A stretch of DNA of 64,000 nt from Planctomycetota bacterium (GTDB taxonomy: Bacteria > Planctomycetota > PLA2 > JAEUHO01). The notes beneath the pieces were generated by a model. That model searched no databases, was not told the origin of the DNA, and saw only the letters and a program-made list of their open reading frames with translations. Positions 16,118 through 26,454 of this stretch are shown here, one piece after another. Position numbers and translations under genes: made by a program. Location of the stretch: contig CBDCWP010000039.1 of assembly GCA_965223505.1 (NCBI GenBank), positions 304,523 to 368,522 on the forward strand, read 5' to 3'. Each line of letters starts with the position of its first letter. Position 1 is the stretch's first letter.

Positions 16118-17773
16118 CTACCCGTGAATGTGCTCCGCCACTCGGAGCCCGTTCGCGTAGATGGTGAAGGTGAACGGCGCACACCCGCCGCTCGGCATGA
16201 AGCTGCCGTCCGTGACGAACAGATTCTCGCAGTCGTGCGCGCGGCAGTCCTTGTTCAGGACCGAGGTCTTCGGGTCGTTGCCGAAGCGGCACGTGCCGCC
16301 CATCAAGTTCGTCGACGGTGTGCCCCACACCGGCGCCGTACGCGGATTCTCCGCGCCCATCTGCGTCAGCATCTCCACCCCGCGGTCGAGCAGGTAGCGC
16401 GCCGTCTCCTTGTTGCGCGGGTGGCTGTACTCGCGAACGTGCGCCACCGGCAGTCCCCAGGCATCTTTCGTGTCGCTCGAGAGCGTCACGCGGCAGTCCG
16501 GCGACGTGAGCCACTCGCAGAACAGCTCGAACTTCAGCCGCTGGACGTCGCGGAAGTAGTGCGAGAGCTTCTGCTTCAGCGCGGCGCCCCACACCGGGAG
16601 CTTCTCCGGTCCGGTTTGATCCCAAAACGCCTGGTACTCGGCGCCGGCGATCGGGTTGGGATGCATCAGAAGGAAGTTGATCGACCCACCCTTGCGGTAG
16701 CCCAGCTTCTCGTCCTTGATCTCGTAGAAGTCCTGCACGACGCGGTTGACGAACGGTTCCTTCGACCGCAGCCACTCCCCGTGCTTCGAGTACGCGAAGT
16801 CGCCCCAGCCAGCGCCGAACGTGCTCGAGACCAGGTTGCGTCCGACCTGCCCCGTCGTGTTGCCCAGTCCCTTGGGGTGTCTCGGCCCCGTGGAGAGAAG
16901 CAGCAGGCGCGCCGTTTCGATGGCCTGACAGGCCACGACGAACACGTCCGCCTGCACCCGCTCGACCTTCCCGTCGGCGTCCCGGTACTCCGCCGCGACG
17001 ACGCGGCCCTGGGCGTTCGAGATCAGCTTCTGGACCATCGCCTGCGAGCGCACCTCGCAGCGGCCCGTGCGTTCGGCGCGGTGCAGGAACGACTCCTCGG
17101 CGTTGCCTTTGGCGCCCGTCGTGCAGCCGTAGCTGCCGCAGTAGCCGTTGTAGTCGCACGCCTTGCGTTCCCCGACGTCCTGCGACAACACCGCGCGCGG
17201 GAGCTTGAGCGGGTGCAAGCCCATCGCCGAGCACTTCTCGTCCACGAGCCTGGCGAACGGATGCTCGCGCGTGGGCGGCAGGGGGAAGTCGGGCGTGCTG
17301 CGCTTCTCCGTGAGCTCGGCCGGCATGTCGCGCAACGCGCCGGACACACCCGCGAGCTTCTCCACCTCGTCGTAGTACGGCACGAGCTCGTCGAGCTCGA
17401 TCGGCCAGTCCACCACCTCCGAGCCGTCCACCGGCCCGAAGCGCGACCGCATCTTCAGATCGCTTTCCTTGAGCCGCAGGAAGAAGCCGCTCATGAGATG
17501 CGACGCTCCGCCGACCAGCGTTCCGTTCCAGTACTTCGTCGACGGCTTGCCGCGCCAGCTTCCGTCGGTGTACAGGATCTCGGAGATCGACGGGTGGGCG
17601 TTCGACGGCCAGAACGTGGGCCGGCGGCACTGGACGATCTCGTCCTTGAGGAACTCGGTGCGTGCGAAACGCTTGCCGCGCTCGAGCACGATCACGTCGT
17701 GGCCCTTGCGCGTGAGCGCGTCGGCGACCGACGACCCGCCGGCGCCGCTGCCGATGATGCAGACCGTGGTCAT
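16118..17773 (-). CDS. GMC-family oxidoreductase (gluconate 2-dehydrogenase flavoprotein-like)
   Basis: IIGSGAGG FAD motif, CDYNGYCGSYGC, GQVGRNL, NLFVTDGS. Confidence 0.92.
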   Translation of the reverse strand: MTTVCIIGSGAGGSSVADALTRKGHDVIVLERGKRFARTEFLKDEIVQCRRPTFWPSNAHPSISEILYTDGSWRGKPSTKYWNGTLVGGASHLMSGFFLRLKESDLKMRSRFGPVDGSEVVDWPIELDELVPYYDEVEKLAGVSGALRDMPAELTEKRSTPDFPLPPTREHPFARLVDEKCSAMGLHPLKLPRAVLSQDVGERKACDYNGYCGSYGCTTGAKGNAEESFLHRAERTGRCEVRSQAMVQKLISNAQGRVVAAEYRDADGKVERVQADVFVVACQAIETARLLLLSTGPRHPKGLGNTTGQVGRNLVSSTFGAGWGDFAYSKHGEWLRSKEPFVNRVVQDFYEIKDEKLGYRKGGSINFLLMHPNPIAGAEYQAFWDQTGPEKLPVWGAALKQKLSHYFRDVQRLKFELFCEWLTSPDCRVTLSSDTKDAWGLPVAHVREYSHPRNKETARYLLDRGVEMLTQMGAENPRTAPVWGTPSTNLMGGTCRFGNDPKTSVLNKDCRAHDCENLFVTDGSFMPSGGCAPFTFTIYANGLRVAEHIHG

Positions 17774-18432
17774 TCGCCCTCCGGGCGCCAGTTCGGCTCG
17801 GTCGGCCGCAGCTCGGGCGGTTCGTAGTTCGCCCACTTCCACGCGATCTGTTCGGGATTGCCGCCGTGCACCGGATCGCCGAAGAACGCTTCCAGCGTCA
17901 AAGAGAGCATGCGTCGGATCCAGTTGACGCCCGCGCGGCCGTTGGTGGGGTCACGCCGGTTGTCGATGAACGCCTGGATGGGGCCGTCGCGTTCCGCGTC
18001 GGTCAGGACCGCGTACTCCTCGGCGTTGAATTGCCGTCGTGCGCGGTGATCGAGCACCGTGGCGCCCCACTTCACCAGCGCCATCGTGTCTTTGCTGATC
18101 TCACCCGAGGCGAAGACCGCGTCGAGGTAGCCGATCGCGTTGACGTCCCGCGCGCCGGGCGAGGCGGGGCCCCCCGAAGGCAGGAGCCGGTCCTGCGCCG
18201 CGCCCAGCGTGCGGAACTCGCGCGCCGTGAGGTTCTGCAGGGGCGCCCCGGGCTCGGTCGGATCGATCAGCTTGCGACGCGCCGGTTCGCCGAAGCACTC
18301 GAACCAGAACGTGCCGACGGTCAACAAGCCGGCGGTTGCCGCCGCGCCCTTGGCGAGCTGCCGGCGGCTCACGCCGCGGGCGGCCTGATCGTCGCTGCCG
18401 CTGCTCGGCGGGAGAGGTTCTTGATCCGACAT
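17770..18432 (-). CDS. Gluconate 2-dehydrogenase subunit 3 family protein, Tat-exported
   Basis: SRRQL twin-arginine signal, PGARDV, FFGDPVHGGN. Confidence 0.9.
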   Translation of the reverse strand: MSDQEPLPPSSGSDDQAARGVSRRQLAKGAAATAGLLTVGTFWFECFGEPARRKLIDPTEPGAPLQNLTAREFRTLGAAQDRLLPSGGPASPGARDVNAIGYLDAVFASGEISKDTMALVKWGATVLDHRARRQFNAEEYAVLTDAERDGPIQAFIDNRRDPTNGRAGVNWIRRMLSLTLEAFFGDPVHGGNPEQIAWKWANYEPPELRPTEPNWRPEGE

Positions 18433-18515
18433 GACGCTCGGGGGGCTCTACCGGGGGACCTTGGGGACCGGGGATGATACCCGTCCTCTTGGCGGTCCCG
18501 CGCTCCCGACCCGCG

Positions 18516-19769
18516 CTATTGCATCGTCGGCGTCGAACTCATGATCGGCGAGAGGGCGTCCGTGCCCGGCTGGCGCGGTTCCGCGACCTTGAAGTTGTCG
18601 CGGCCGTTCTCCTTGACGTAGTAGAGCGCGCGGTCCGCGTCGTCCAGCAGCTTCGAGAGGCTCGTGTCGGGGTCGACGGACGAGCGTTTCGGGTCGAGTA
18701 CCGCGACGCCGATCGAGCAGGTGACCTTCAGGTTCGGCTTCATCTGACTCCACGGATGGGTCCGGAAGCGTCGCAGGATGCGTTGGGCGAGCTCGCTGCC
18801 GTGGCCGTCCTCCGCAGCGACCGCGGCGACGGCGAACTCCTCGCCACCGACGCGCGCGAGGTGATCGATGGTGCCGACGGTGTCCCGCAGAAGCTTCGAC
18901 GTCTGACTGAGCACGGCGTCGCCGAAAGCGTGACCGTGCTGGTCGTTGACCTGTTTGAAGTGGTCGAGGTCGATGACCATGATCGAGATGGGCCAGGCGT
19001 AGCGTTCCGCGCGCTGGATCTCCTGGCGCATCTTCTCCATGAAGCCGCGGCGGTTGGGCAGCATGGTCAGGGGATCACGGGTCGCGTGATCGGTGAGCGA
19101 CGAGACCTTGGCCTGGAAACCGTGCGCAAGCCGCAGCGCGATGAACATGAACGCGAACAGGAAGCCGCAGTGCAACGCGAGTGCGGTGAACTCTTCCTGG
19201 GACAGCGCGCGTCCTTGACTGAGCATGGACTCGACGCCGGGCATGCCGCCGAGCAGAAAACCGTTCGGCGGACGCATCCATGTCGCGAAGACGTAGACCG
19301 CGGCGATGACCGACGTCAGCAAGACCGCGGACCGGCCCTGCATGACCAGGGCAGCGAAGACGCAGTTGAGCACGATCAGCATTGCGAACGGGCTCGCGAG
19401 TCCGCCGGTCTCGGAGCTGACGAGTACCAGGTACAGCCCCAGGAAGAAGAGGAACGTGCCCTTCGGCTTCTTGCGTGGCGTCCCAGGCATCTCGGCCGGC
19501 CCCGTGAGCTCGTAGCCCAGGTATCCGAGCAGCAACAGGAACGCGTCGGTTCCGAGCACGTACGGGGCGAACTGGTCGCCGAACCCGCCGACGAAACCGA
19601 TGATCGCGTGCAGGACCAGGACGGCCGCGCCCGTCGTGAGGACGATGCGATAGTAGAGCCGCAGCAGTCCGCGCGGGCCTGTCGTAAAGCCGGTACTTTT
19701 CGTGTCTTCCGACAAAGCGCGTCTCGTGTTCCTGCAGGGGGTGGAGTGGGTTCCTCCACCACGGACCAA
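18516..19769 (-). CDS. Membrane diguanylate cyclase (GGDEF)
   Basis: About 6 TM segments, DPLTMLPNRR, DLDHFKQVND, GGEEF; start uncertain (possibly ~19715). Confidence 0.92.
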   Translation of the reverse strand: MVRGGGTHSTPCRNTRRALSEDTKSTGFTTGPRGLLRLYYRIVLTTGAAVLVLHAIIGFVGGFGDQFAPYVLGTDAFLLLLGYLGYELTGPAEMPGTPRKKPKGTFLFFLGLYLVLVSSETGGLASPFAMLIVLNCVFAALVMQGRSAVLLTSVIAAVYVFATWMRPPNGFLLGGMPGVESMLSQGRALSQEEFTALALHCGFLFAFMFIALRLAHGFQAKVSSLTDHATRDPLTMLPNRRGFMEKMRQEIQRAERYAWPISIMVIDLDHFKQVNDQHGHAFGDAVLSQTSKLLRDTVGTIDHLARVGGEEFAVAAVAAEDGHGSELAQRILRRFRTHPWSQMKPNLKVTCSIGVAVLDPKRSSVDPDTSLSKLLDDADRALYYVKENGRDNFKVAEPRQPGTDALSPIMSSTPTMQ

Positions 19770-19830
19770 CTATCGACCTCCGGCGTGAACGCCCTGTACC
19801 CCTTTGTGGGGCCGGCGCGGTCGTTCTCTG

Positions 19831-20163
19831 TCAGCCCTCTGTTTCGTGCGCGCCCAGGACCCAGGCCAGGTACGCAGGGAGCCCGGAATCGGGCCGAAGG
19901 GCGAGGAACTCGGGCGTTTCGTACGGGTGAATCGCCTCCAAACGGCGGGCGAGCGCCTCCACGCGGGCCGAGGACGTCTTGAGGATCAGCAAGGACTCGG
20001 GCTCATCGCGCACGGCGCCTTCCCAGCGATAGACACTCCGAATGCCGGGCACGACGTTCACGCAGGCGCACAGACGTTCCTCCACCAGCGTGTGGGCCAG
20101 ATCGTGGGCGCCGTCGGGCGGCGCGGTGACGAATACGATGCGGACGTCGCCTGCGTCACTCAC
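19831..20163 (-). CDS. cutA: Divalent-cation tolerance protein CutA
   Basis: LCACVN, SVYRWEG, HPYETPE; GAGGAG RBS before GTG. Confidence 0.93.
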   Translation of the reverse strand: MSDAGDVRIVFVTAPPDGAHDLAHTLVEERLCACVNVVPGIRSVYRWEGAVRDEPESLLILKTSSARVEALARRLEAIHPYETPEFLALRPDSGLPAYLAWVLGAHETEG

Positions 20164-20280
20164 GGCCGGTCTCCTCGTTTCCACGGTCGGATCGTGGGCA
20201 CATGATAGGTGCGGGTCGCCGCTCCCTTTCGTCGATCAATTCCGGTACCCCACGATCATCCTCTAGGGCCTGTTCTTCGT

Positions 20281-22095
20281 ATGTGCGGTATTGCCGGAAT
20301 GCTCGGAGTCGGCGGCGGTCGCGTCCGGGATCCGGTTGCGCGCGCGATGACCGTCCTCGCGCCGCGAGGGCCCGACGGCGGCGCACGCGGCGAGGCGGCC
20401 CTGGGCGCGCAGCCCGTGACGTTCGGCGCGCGGCGCCTGGCGCTCGTCGATCCCGGATCCGCACGGCAGCCGGTCCGACGACCGTCGGGCGCGATGCTCG
20501 TCTGGAACGGCGAGCTCTACAATCACGACGAGTTGCGCACCGACCTCGCGGAGCGCGGCGAGACGTTTCGAACCGCGAATGACGGCGAGGTGCTCGCGGT
20601 GTTGCTCGAGCGCGACGGCGTCGCGGGGCTTTCGCGCGTGGAAGGCAGCTACGCGTTCGCGTTCCTGGTCGGCCCGGAGGGGCCGTTGCTGTTGGGCCGC
20701 GATCCGCTCGGTGTCCGGCCGCTCGTCTACGCGCACTCTCGCAACGTCCTTCACTTCGCGAGCACAGTCGACGCGTTGCTTGCGATGGGGGGGCTGGCGC
20801 CCCGCGCGAACCTCGAGGCCATCGCCGACGTACTGCGCGACGGCGTCGTTACGACGCGTCACACGGCCGTGCACGGCGTGCATCGGGTGACCCCGGGCGA
20901 AGTCTTGTCGTTCGACGCCGATCTGCACATGGCGTCGCACGAGATCCCCACAGCGAAGGTCACGCCCGAGATGGAGGATCTGGACGTGCTGGACGCGCTT
21001 CGCGGCGCCGTCTGGGATCGCCTGCGCACCGACCGGCCGTCGGGCGTGTTCCTTTCGGGCGGCGTCGACAGTGCGTTGGTCGCCGCGTTGGCGCGCGAGG
21101 TCGGCGACGTTCCGGCGTACACGCTCTCGTTTCCGGGGCATGCGGGCGTGGACGAGGCCGATCGCGCCCGCCGGACCGCTGCGCGCATCGGCATCAAGCA
21201 CGTCGTCGTGCCCTGCCCGGCGGATCCGACGCCCTGGGTGCTGGGCGCCGCGCGCGCGTTCGACGAACCGTTCGCCGACGCGAGCGCGATTCCGACGTGG
21301 GGGCTGGCGCGCGCGGCGGGCCGTGACGTGCGTGTCGCGCTGACGGGCACCGGCGGCGACGAGGTGTTCGGCGGGTACCGCCGGTACTGGCTGGTCGGCA
21401 CGGGCCCCTGGCTGCGTCATGTCCCCGCGTTCATTCGAGAGCCGGTGAGCCGCGTGTTGGAGCGTACGGCGCCCGGCGGGGCGCGACTGTTGCGCGCGTC
21501 GTCGGACCCGCAGGGCATCTACCGGGGCTTGTTGCGGTTGCAGCCGGTGCAGGAGATCCGCGCGGTCGTGGGGCCGCTGCTGGCGGACGTGGCGTTACCC
21601 GTGCCGCGATCGGGGCCGACGACGGCGAAGGCGGCGATGCGGGACGACCTGCAGCGGTATCTGCCGGACGATCTGCTCGTGAAGGAAGACCGGGCGTTGA
21701 TGTCGCACGGCATCGAGGGCCGGCATCCGTTCCTGGACGCCCGCGTGCGGGCGGCGGCGAGCTCGTTGGAGTTGCGCGGCCGGCCGGGGCGCGGGAAGCA
21801 GAAGAAGGTGTTGCGCGCCTATGTGCAAGAGGTGATCGACCCCGATCTGGCGCGCGTGGCGAAGCACGGGTTTGCGTTTCCGGTCGACGATCTGTATCGG
21901 GGACCGCTGCAGTCGTTGGCGCGTGACGCGTTGCTGGGCAAGTCGGCGCGCGAGCGGGGATTCATCTCGCCGGCGGGTGCGCGGCGTTTGTTGCAGGACC
22001 ACGTCACGGGCGCCCGCGACGTGGGTCAGACGGTCCACGTGCTGGTGATGTTGGAGCTTTGGGCGCGTCGGGTTCTCGACGGCGACGCCGTCTGA
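20281..22095 (+). CDS. asnB: Asparagine synthase (glutamine-hydrolysing) family amidotransferase
   Basis: MCGIAG Ntn start, RGPD, NGELYN, LSGGVDS, TGTGGDEVFGGY. Confidence 0.9.
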   Translation: MCGIAGMLGVGGGRVRDPVARAMTVLAPRGPDGGARGEAALGAQPVTFGARRLALVDPGSARQPVRRPSGAMLVWNGELYNHDELRTDLAERGETFRTANDGEVLAVLLERDGVAGLSRVEGSYAFAFLVGPEGPLLLGRDPLGVRPLVYAHSRNVLHFASTVDALLAMGGLAPRANLEAIADVLRDGVVTTRHTAVHGVHRVTPGEVLSFDADLHMASHEIPTAKVTPEMEDLDVLDALRGAVWDRLRTDRPSGVFLSGGVDSALVAALAREVGDVPAYTLSFPGHAGVDEADRARRTAARIGIKHVVVPCPADPTPWVLGAARAFDEPFADASAIPTWGLARAAGRDVRVALTGTGGDEVFGGYRRYWLVGTGPWLRHVPAFIREPVSRVLERTAPGGARLLRASSDPQGIYRGLLRLQPVQEIRAVVGPLLADVALPVPRSGPTTAKAAMRDDLQRYLPDDLLVKEDRALMSHGIEGRHPFLDARVRAAASSLELRGRPGRGKQKKVLRAYVQEVIDPDLARVAKHGFAFPVDDLYRGPLQSLARDALLGKSARERGFISPAGARRLLQDHVTGARDVGQTVHVLVMLELWARRVLDGDAV

Positions 22096-22100
22096 CTGTT

Positions 22101-22246
<146 letters not shown>

Positions 22247-22283
22247 GCGGGGCGAGGCCATTCCCCGCCATACGAGATCGCCA

Positions 22284-24581
22284 CTACTCGTCGCGTGTCT
22301 TCGCCTCCGCGACCTCGTAGATCTTCCCTTCCCACAGGAACGACACGCCCTCACCCAGCGCGAGGTACTTCGCGATCTTCTCGTTCTTGGCCGCCAGCTC
22401 CATCAATGCGTCCGAAAACGGCTCGATCGCGATCACGTCCAACTTCGCCTTCGCTTGCTTGCGGTGCTTCTCGATGGCGGTGTCGACCCAGCGCTCGCCC
22501 GTCAAGACGAACGTCTTGTCGGCCGCGGTCTTCACGCGTGAGCCGTCGCGATTCGCCACGTCGTCGCTACGCCCATGTTGCTTGCCCTTGCGGTCGCGCA
22601 GCGACTTCGACGCGGTGGTGGGGCTCGGCGCCGGCCTCGACGGCGGTCGCATGCCCGAGGTCGCGGGCGTCGTGGGTGTCAGCGGCGTCGGCGTGGTCGG
22701 CGGGCCGCTCGGCGGCGGCGGCGGCGGCGGTGTGGGGTCGGTGGGCTCCCGCACCGACGGCGCGAACGGGGACGGCAGCGTCCCGGTGGGTCCGCGCGGG
22801 CGGCGTCCGCCCAGATCGGCGATCCGCGCGGCCTCGAGCTCGCTGTCCTCGACGACCAGGCCCGACGTGTACGGCGTGACGATGCCGAACTCGGTCGCCA
22901 GCCGGATGACCTCGTCCTTCAGCTCTTTGTCCTCGCCGTGCAAGCGGATCTCGTCCAGCAGGAACGCCACCTTGCGGTGCGCCCACAAGCGGGGCAGGTA
23001 GGCGGCGGTCTCCTTGTCGGAGAGCGTCACTGGGTAGACCAGCTCAACCGGCTTCCCGGCGCGCGTGCCCTTCAGGCGGATCTCTCGCTCCCCGGGTGTC
23101 TTGAACCGACCCAGGACCATGACCTGCCCGCCGGCGAAGACGTCGCCGAGCTTGCGCGGATAGAAGTCCTCGACGCCGTCGCCGAACGCGACGGTCACGT
23201 TCTCGAGAACCGGCTGGTCGACCTTCGTGAAGAAGCGACTCGTGACGATCTCGATGTCCTCGCGCGGCGCCACGTAGTCGCGCGCGCCTTCCGTCACCTC
23301 GGCGATGCGGTCCAGCAGGCGTACGTCGAGGTCGTGACCGACGCCGAACGTGAAGACACGCGCGTTCGAGACGTTCGCCTGCTTGACGATGTCCACGAGC
23401 TGTGCCGTGCCGCGAACGCCGACCGTGGGCCTGCCGTCCGTCAGCAGCACCAGCATGAACAGCCGGCCCTTGGCGCCCATCGGCAGCGCGCGGCGCATGC
23501 CGCCCTCGATGTCCGTGCCGCCGCGCGCCTGTAGCCCGGCCAGCCACGCGCCCGCGGCCTCCTTCGACGCGTCGCTCACGTCGACGAGTCGTTCGCGGAA
23601 CACCGAAACACCGGCCGAGAACCCCACGATGTTGAAGCGGTCGCCGGCGTTCAGGCGATGGATGCCGTGGCGCAGCGCGTTGCGCGCCTGGTCGATCTTG
23701 CCGTCGTTGTTCATCGACCCGCTCGTGTCGAGCACGTACACGACGTCCTTGGGCACCCGCTCGCCGTCCGCGACGTCGTTGGACGGCGCGAATACGGCCA
23801 TGAACGTGCCGCGGTCGCCGACCGGCTTGTGGCTCTGCAGCGACACACCGAGCCGGTCCGTGCTGCGGCCGACGTAGAGCAGGAAGTCGGCGTCCTGACG
23901 GCCGCCCTTCGCTTCGAACGAGACGCGCGCCTTGCGCTCGTCGTCGCGGTGGATCGCGATCTCGTGCGACGGGCTGTAGATCGCCTTGAGATCGACGTCG
24001 CCCCGGATCCTCACGTCGACGACGACCTGGGAGACGGGTTGGCCGTGCAGCCGCCCGGTGGCCAGCGGATACCGCATCTCGATCGTGCCGGCGTCCTCGG
24101 GCAGCGTCTGCTGGTACGTGAGCTCGATGGTCAGGTCACCGTTCGGCGGAATCGGAAAGACGCTGGCGCGGAAGAGTCCGCGACCGACGTACTCGAGCAG
24201 GCCGGGATCGCGGCGGCGCCGGACGATGCTCTCGTAGACGGCGCGTGCGCGGTCCGCGCGGATGATCTCCCCCTTGACGAGCTTGCCGCCCATCGTCATG
24301 GCGAAGTCGCTGACGACGGCGCCTTCGGGCAACGGGAACAGGTACGTTCCTTCGAGCTGCCGGCCCACGTGGTTGCGAAAGACCTGTCGCACCTTCACGC
24401 TCGCGACCTGATTCTCGAGCTCCGCCTCGACGGTGTGCTCACGGAGCGAGAGCGACGACCGCGCGGTCGGTGGTGTTCGTCCGCCGCCGGGCCCCGTCAC
24501 GAGCAGCCCGTGCGCGACCGCATCCGCGGCGCCGATCACCAACGCGGCGACGACCGCCACCCACAAAGCAAGCGTACGCAT
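22284..24581 (-). CDS. Secreted VIT + VWA domain protein with Pro-rich linker
   Basis: Signal peptide, LEGTYLFPLP (VIT), LDTSGSM MIDAS, LTDG, FGIVTPYTS. Confidence 0.92.
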   Translation of the reverse strand: MRTLALWVAVVAALVIGAADAVAHGLLVTGPGGGRTPPTARSSLSLREHTVEAELENQVASVKVRQVFRNHVGRQLEGTYLFPLPEGAVVSDFAMTMGGKLVKGEIIRADRARAVYESIVRRRRDPGLLEYVGRGLFRASVFPIPPNGDLTIELTYQQTLPEDAGTIEMRYPLATGRLHGQPVSQVVVDVRIRGDVDLKAIYSPSHEIAIHRDDERKARVSFEAKGGRQDADFLLYVGRSTDRLGVSLQSHKPVGDRGTFMAVFAPSNDVADGERVPKDVVYVLDTSGSMNNDGKIDQARNALRHGIHRLNAGDRFNIVGFSAGVSVFRERLVDVSDASKEAAGAWLAGLQARGGTDIEGGMRRALPMGAKGRLFMLVLLTDGRPTVGVRGTAQLVDIVKQANVSNARVFTFGVGHDLDVRLLDRIAEVTEGARDYVAPREDIEIVTSRFFTKVDQPVLENVTVAFGDGVEDFYPRKLGDVFAGGQVMVLGRFKTPGEREIRLKGTRAGKPVELVYPVTLSDKETAAYLPRLWAHRKVAFLLDEIRLHGEDKELKDEVIRLATEFGIVTPYTSGLVVEDSELEAARIADLGGRRPRGPTGTLPSPFAPSVREPTDPTPPPPPPPSGPPTTPTPLTPTTPATSGMRPPSRPAPSPTTASKSLRDRKGKQHGRSDDVANRDGSRVKTAADKTFVLTGERWVDTAIEKHRKQAKAKLDVIAIEPFSDALMELAAKNEKIAKYLALGEGVSFLWEGKIYEVAEAKTRDE

Positions 24582-24694
24582 CACGACCTCCGAGTCCCTG
24601 TGCGCCGCCTGTGTCGCAATCGGCATACCGGGCCGCATCCGGCGCGTAGCGCCGCGGCGTGAGTCACCGCGCGGTAGCACGCCCCCGTGGCGCG

Positions 24695-26425
24695 CTACTT
24701 CTCCGGTACCAGCGTCGTGAAGTAGGTCACCGCGCCGCCGCGGATCTTGTGCAGCGTCTCGGTCTGGTAGCCGGGCCGGCTGAGGCGCACCCGGTACTCG
24801 CGATTCGGCAGCTGTTCGAGCTCGATCCGGCCGCGCGCATCGGTGCGGTGGTCGGTCGCGTCGGGCGGCGCCACCAGCGGCGCGCCGTCGTCGGTCGGCG
24901 TCACCTCGACCTCGACGCCTTCGAGCGGCAGGCCCAAAGGCGACTCGACCACCAGCGCCAATCGCACCGCGCGCTCGAGTGTGATCCGGGCCGGCGCCGC
25001 GTCGGGTCCGACGCGTGCCAGCGCCTTGCCCCACGTGTGCCCCGGCGCCGTTGCGTACACCTCGACGAGCCCATCGGGAAACGGCCCGCGCGCATCTCGA
25101 TCGACCACGACGCCGCCGACGTTCGCGCGCGCGACGATCGTCGTGTCGTCGATCGTCTTGCCGTCTGCGTCGACGACGGATACGTCGACCGGTCGTCCGG
25201 CGTCCAGCTTCACGCGCTCGAGCACGGTCGTCTCGGTGCCGACCTCGATGACCTGCGGCACGTAGCCGTCGGCTTCGACGAGCACCGTCGCGTCGATGCC
25301 GGTCGGAACGGCGGGCCGCGCCCGGCCGTCGGCGCCGCAGCGAAGCGCCGTCTCGGCGAAGAAAGGCTCCGCGAGATCGAAGCCCTTCACAGGCAGCGCG
25401 TATCGCGCGCGCACGACGGCGCTCCCGAGGCGCTTGCCCAGCGTGTCGGTCACGAAGACCTCGAGGTGCCGGTGTTCCGGAAGGAGCACGTCGTCGTCGA
25501 CGTTTTCCAGCAGCTCGCCCCAGGCGACCGTCGCGCCGTGCGCGACCTCGGCGTGAAGCTCCGCCCAGGCGCCCTCGGGGTATCCGGACGAGCGCACGTG
25601 CTCGTCGGCCGGCGCTCCGTCCAAGAGCCGGCCGTCACGGCCGCGAATCGAACCAATCGCCGCGGCGGTGAAGCGGCGCCGCGGCGTGTCGTCGATCTCC
25701 AAGACGACCGGACCCTGCCGGGGATGAACGAACGACGCTGCGTGCAGCCCGTCCGCCGTCGAAGCCTTCACGTGGCGCGCGTATTCCGGAAGCACCGCCT
25801 TTCCCTCGGGGGCCTTGATGCGCTGCGCGTCCCCCCTGACGTCCACGTACTCGATCGTGGCGGCCGTCGGCGTTCCGTCGCGTCGAGAGCGGACCTCGAC
25901 CTCGATGGGTCTGGATTTCCTACGCGCGGGTACGGCGGCCTTCGGCAGCACCACGCGCCAAACCGGGTCCGACGAAACCGAGCCCGCGGCCATGTGCGCG
26001 GCGAGCACGCCGTCCGCGCGTACGCGAAACCCCTCCAGCGTGGCGCCGTCCTTCTTCGTCTTGCGAAGGCGCAGCCCGCTCGTCTGCTTGCTCGGCGTCA
26101 GATCCTCCGCGCCGCCGTCGCCGATGCCGACGCGCCATCCGGAGAGCTCGTTGCCGTCGGCGTCGAACACCTGGATCAAGACCGCGTCCTTGCCGAGCGC
26201 CTTCACGAGGTCGTCGATCGGATCGGGTGGGCTCAGCCGCGTTGCCTTCGCGCCCGAGCGGTTGCCGTCGACGTTCAGCGCGTCCGACTTGCGGAAGCCG
26301 CCTTCGCCGCCGCCGCCGGGCCAGCCGCCGGGCAGGAAGCGGTTGAGCTCGAGCAGCAGCAGCAGCAGCGCGATCAGGGCGAGGACGGTCAGCTTGCGGC
26401 GAACGCGCAGTTTCCGGCGGGCCAT
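24695..26425 (-). CDS. Membrane-anchored protein with carboxypeptidase-regulatory-like / Ig-like repeats
   Basis: Basic N-terminus plus TM; TDARGRI, V.A.GY and SRPGY motifs. Confidence 0.75.
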   Translation of the reverse strand: MARRKLRVRRKLTVLALIALLLLLLELNRFLPGGWPGGGGEGGFRKSDALNVDGNRSGAKATRLSPPDPIDDLVKALGKDAVLIQVFDADGNELSGWRVGIGDGGAEDLTPSKQTSGLRLRKTKKDGATLEGFRVRADGVLAAHMAAGSVSSDPVWRVVLPKAAVPARRKSRPIEVEVRSRRDGTPTAATIEYVDVRGDAQRIKAPEGKAVLPEYARHVKASTADGLHAASFVHPRQGPVVLEIDDTPRRRFTAAAIGSIRGRDGRLLDGAPADEHVRSSGYPEGAWAELHAEVAHGATVAWGELLENVDDDVLLPEHRHLEVFVTDTLGKRLGSAVVRARYALPVKGFDLAEPFFAETALRCGADGRARPAVPTGIDATVLVEADGYVPQVIEVGTETTVLERVKLDAGRPVDVSVVDADGKTIDDTTIVARANVGGVVVDRDARGPFPDGLVEVYATAPGHTWGKALARVGPDAAPARITLERAVRLALVVESPLGLPLEGVEVEVTPTDDGAPLVAPPDATDHRTDARGRIELEQLPNREYRVRLSRPGYQTETLHKIRGGAVTYFTTLVPEK

Positions 26426-26454
26426 CGAGGCACCATACCCTCCCGTGCCGCGGT

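Noticed and set aside
20281..22095. asnB as a lasso-peptide cyclase
   Set aside because: It keeps the Ntn Cys glutaminase start, and no precursor peptide or B protein is adjacent.
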